Under the pieces are notes generated by a model. The model was given only the letters and a program-made list of their open reading frames with translations. It was not told the origin of the DNA and did no database searches. The position numbers and the translations under genes are program-made. From positions 248,001 through 312,000 of the forward strand of contig CDPCPM010000017.1 of the NCBI GenBank assembly GCA_976551045.1: a stretch of 64,000 bases of DNA, read 5' to 3'. Source of the DNA: Glaucostegus cemiculus. Its lineage: Eukaryota. Of this stretch, positions 61,161 to 64,000 are shown piece after piece. The stretch's first letter is position 1. Each line of letters starts with the position of its first letter.

Positions 61161-61747
61161 CTGGAGCAGATACTCATGGAAATAGGTTGCAAGTCCTCAT
61201 GAAGAGGGCAACATTATGCTCCTGGGACCTTGTTCGTGAAGGCGATCCTTCTCAGGCTTCAGTCTGGCCAAATGCAGGTCAGGTTCCTGTTTCCGAGAAC
61301 TCGGGCACTGTGGTGACAGAAATAGGGTGCCACATGCACTCCCCAGATTAGCCTGTTCTCCCACTACCGTTCCACCCTCGACAGAACTGAATTTCCAAAG
61401 GGTGAAGCACAGTGGTTGTAGACAAAATCAGGTGGGGATAGCAAAAAGGGAAAAGCCATTGTTGTTCTCACTTCCCTCTTCTAAAGTGATGCCTGTGAAA
61501 ATTGGGCTGCAGAATGAGGCAACTGCAGAATGTGGGAATGTGATGCTACAATTTATAATAGTGCAATCACATACGTCCATCTAGCTCAGAAGTACTACAG
61601 CACCTTCTGCTACCAACTTTTCCGTCAAACACACCTTTCCGCATCCACCCACCCCAACTAGCACCACAAACGCGGACAGATATTAGTGGAAAGGCCAATG
61701 TATTTTGGATGGACTTCATACTATGCTGGGATTGTTTATTCTTACTT

Positions 61748-62085
61748 ACTACAGCACAGGACAAGGCCATTCAGCCCATTGGCTCCATGCTGGATCTCAG
61801 TCAAGCCATCCCATTAATTTCATTCCCTATCCTTTTTCCCCTGTAACCTTGCAACCTATTCTCTCTCACATGTCCATCAACTCTTCTTTGCTTCTTTTAC
61901 CACTTACCCAAACTAGGGCAATTTACAGCAGCCAACTAACCTACCAGAACATCTTTGGGATGCAAGGGAAAACCGAATCACCCAAAGGAAACCCAGGTGG
62001 CCACAGAGAGAACATGATAACTCCACTCAGACGATGCTGCAAGTCAGGATCAAAGCCAGATCCCATTAACTGCTGCACCACCATA
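61748..62085 (-). mobile_element. HE1-type V-SINE
   Basis: acagcacaggacaaggccattcagccc tail and V-domain remnant. Confidence 0.7.
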
Positions 62086-62222
62086 GTAGACCCATCCATA
62101 AAGCAAGCATCTGTACTTCGGTATATCAGCAAGGTACATCAAGATGGGATCTCATTGTGTTCTATACCCACATTATACATAAATACACCACGTTTGCCTC
62201 ATTTCACAGATATATACAACTA

Positions 62223-63640
62223 TTATGGATTCAACCTATTGAATGGCTTCCTTGATTGGTCTGACTTCCTCAACTTCTGACATTGGACTGCAATTCCTTA
62301 AACCAAAGAACTTAGAACCTCTTGGTTTGACTCAGAGCTGGTTCTCCCTTCAATGGCAATGAAGCACCAGAAATAGATTTATCATCACACATCTCTTCAT
62401 TTTCTTCAGCTAGGTCCCCCGCTGTGATCAGCACATCAAGACATTTCTGACACGATATCCGACGCGTACCAACTGCCTTTATGGACTACAGGGATGGACT
62501 TCCACACAAGGTCACATTGTTGAATTTTGGTCTTTCCGTCAACTGAACTTGCTTATCTTTGCCTCAAGTCATTGTCTTTTGCTTCCCTTGCTGCCTTTCC
62601 ACCATCTCCAAAGTTAGATGGTAAGTCTACATTTGCATATTTCTCTAAAATGGTCCATCCTTTCAGTGTTTGTGCACTTGCTTTGGTAATAATTTACTGA
62701 GTCACTAGAGTAGTCCCAGTGGCTGTGACAGGGAAATCCTAATCCATAGATTACAATGTGAAAATAAGAGTTTCACTTCCATTGTCAGAAGATTCATGTG
62801 GTAATCTGGGCAGACCACCAGATTTTACATTTTGCTGTGAACAATAATCAGCCACATAATCAGCAAAACTGCCATCGTTGGAACTGCTGCTTTCAGATCC
62901 AGGTCACTAATAAAAGCTGGTGACCGTTAATATGAGAACAAAGGTTGCACCATTCCGAAGTGATAGAATTTCTTCACACTGAAGATAATTACTACTACTT
63001 CCTTCTCAATTTGAATGCAGTAATATTCACTTTCCTTAAATGCAATGACTATAGGTTGTTCCTGCCCATTATCTGTTACATTGCTGATGATAATGTAATT
63101 GGAAACACTGCACAATTAGTTAAGGTCCTCCTCACATCATGGTGAACCAAAAGAGATTTGCTAATCTAACTGCACTTACATTGATCAAAGGCTTCCCACT
63201 TCTCATTCTTCTTAACAGGATAATATTACTTGACCAGGCAAAAATTTGCAATAATATTGAATCATTCCCAGGCAAGAATGAAGCTCTATCATTCTCTAAG
63301 CACTTGGCTTCCATGATAACATCAATCCGGTCTTTAACATATTTCACCCTATTAAGATCTACTTACACATCAAAGATACACCATCTCTGCAGCACTTAAG
63401 AGCTACAATGTGTGGGGATGTTTTCTGCCATTTCTGTTACTTTTACCTTGCAGCCATGGAGCTTTCTCCATGATGCATGGCCAGTCCTATGGACGTCCAT
63501 TGACAATCTCTTGTCAACTTTTCTCACAAGTGCTAACTGTGTTGGCACTGAAGACTATCCTTGTTGCTGACTGTAATGTGTTTTGACCTTGGATTATACC
63601 AGCAGAGCTGGTAAGCTCCAACAACAACATTCTTTCTTTA
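62223..63640 (-). mobile_element. Gypsy LTR-retrotransposon pol fossil (RT, RNase H and pol C-terminus; integrase core apparently deleted)
   Basis: Minus strand, in order: AYQL..HITVS, ELHSCLGMIQYYCKFLPG, ISNVTDNGQEQPIVIA..YCIQIEKEVVVIIFSVKKFYH, GGLPRLP, FPVTA, TLKGW, LRKSDQSRKPFNRLNP*. Confidence 0.75.
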
Positions 63641-64000
63641 AGACATCAGGGGCTTCAACGCAACAGTGAGCTTTATTCTAGATGCATCAACACATGGTGC
63701 TTGCATCACGTATACACAACGAATACATCATAAACCATCTCTAAAGGGCTTATTTACATACAATACAAAATACACCACTTACAGTCCAGGCTGGTTTTGC
63801 ATTGCAGTATTGGTGCAATGCTTCACAGTCTGTGGTGCTGTACTTTGGAGGAGATGTTAAACCTCTCTAGCAGACATAAGGCACCCCATAGCACCAGTCA
63901 AAGAAGAATATTATAATTTGTCTGGGAATTGGGAAGTGAGGCAAAACTGAAGTACCAGCTGAAACTCACACTGTCACAGAGAGAACGTACAAACTCCACA

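Noticed and set aside
1-64000. CRISPR arrays, operons or prokaryotic/viral inserts
   Set aside because: No regularly spaced repeat-spacer array or gene-dense segment; all long ORFs are explained by PDE3A, retroelements or composition.

Overview
Vertebrate genomic DNA, most likely from a cartilaginous fish (shark or ray); this is inferred from the repeats present (V-SINE/HE1-type and Deu-type SINEs, CR1, Rex1/Babar, GIY-YIG Penelope-like elements). The only host gene is PDE3A: its first coding exon (minus strand, 12245->11457, 263 codons, canonical GT donor) lies in a CpG island, positions 1-11456 are intron 1, and the ~51 kb upstream shows no other gene. That upstream region is mostly transposon-derived: a young, nearly intact CR1 LINE (35953-39788) and a truncated sister copy, Rex1/Babar fragments, several Penelope-like elements, three SINE families, and old Gypsy, Harbinger and possibly Ingi/Vingi fossils. 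There is one 484-N assembly gap. The most notable signal is that the dispersed Penelope terminal repeat carries a minimal type-I hammerhead ribozyme motif and recurs as short fold-back units, one motif per strand. Also notable are nested insertions with readable target-site duplications, local inverted and direct duplications, a 51-bp palindrome and a candidate CRE/AP-1/kB enhancer. No wholly new system can be proven from sequence alone. Boundaries of old repeats are approximate (tens of bp), and family motifs were matched from memory, not by database search.
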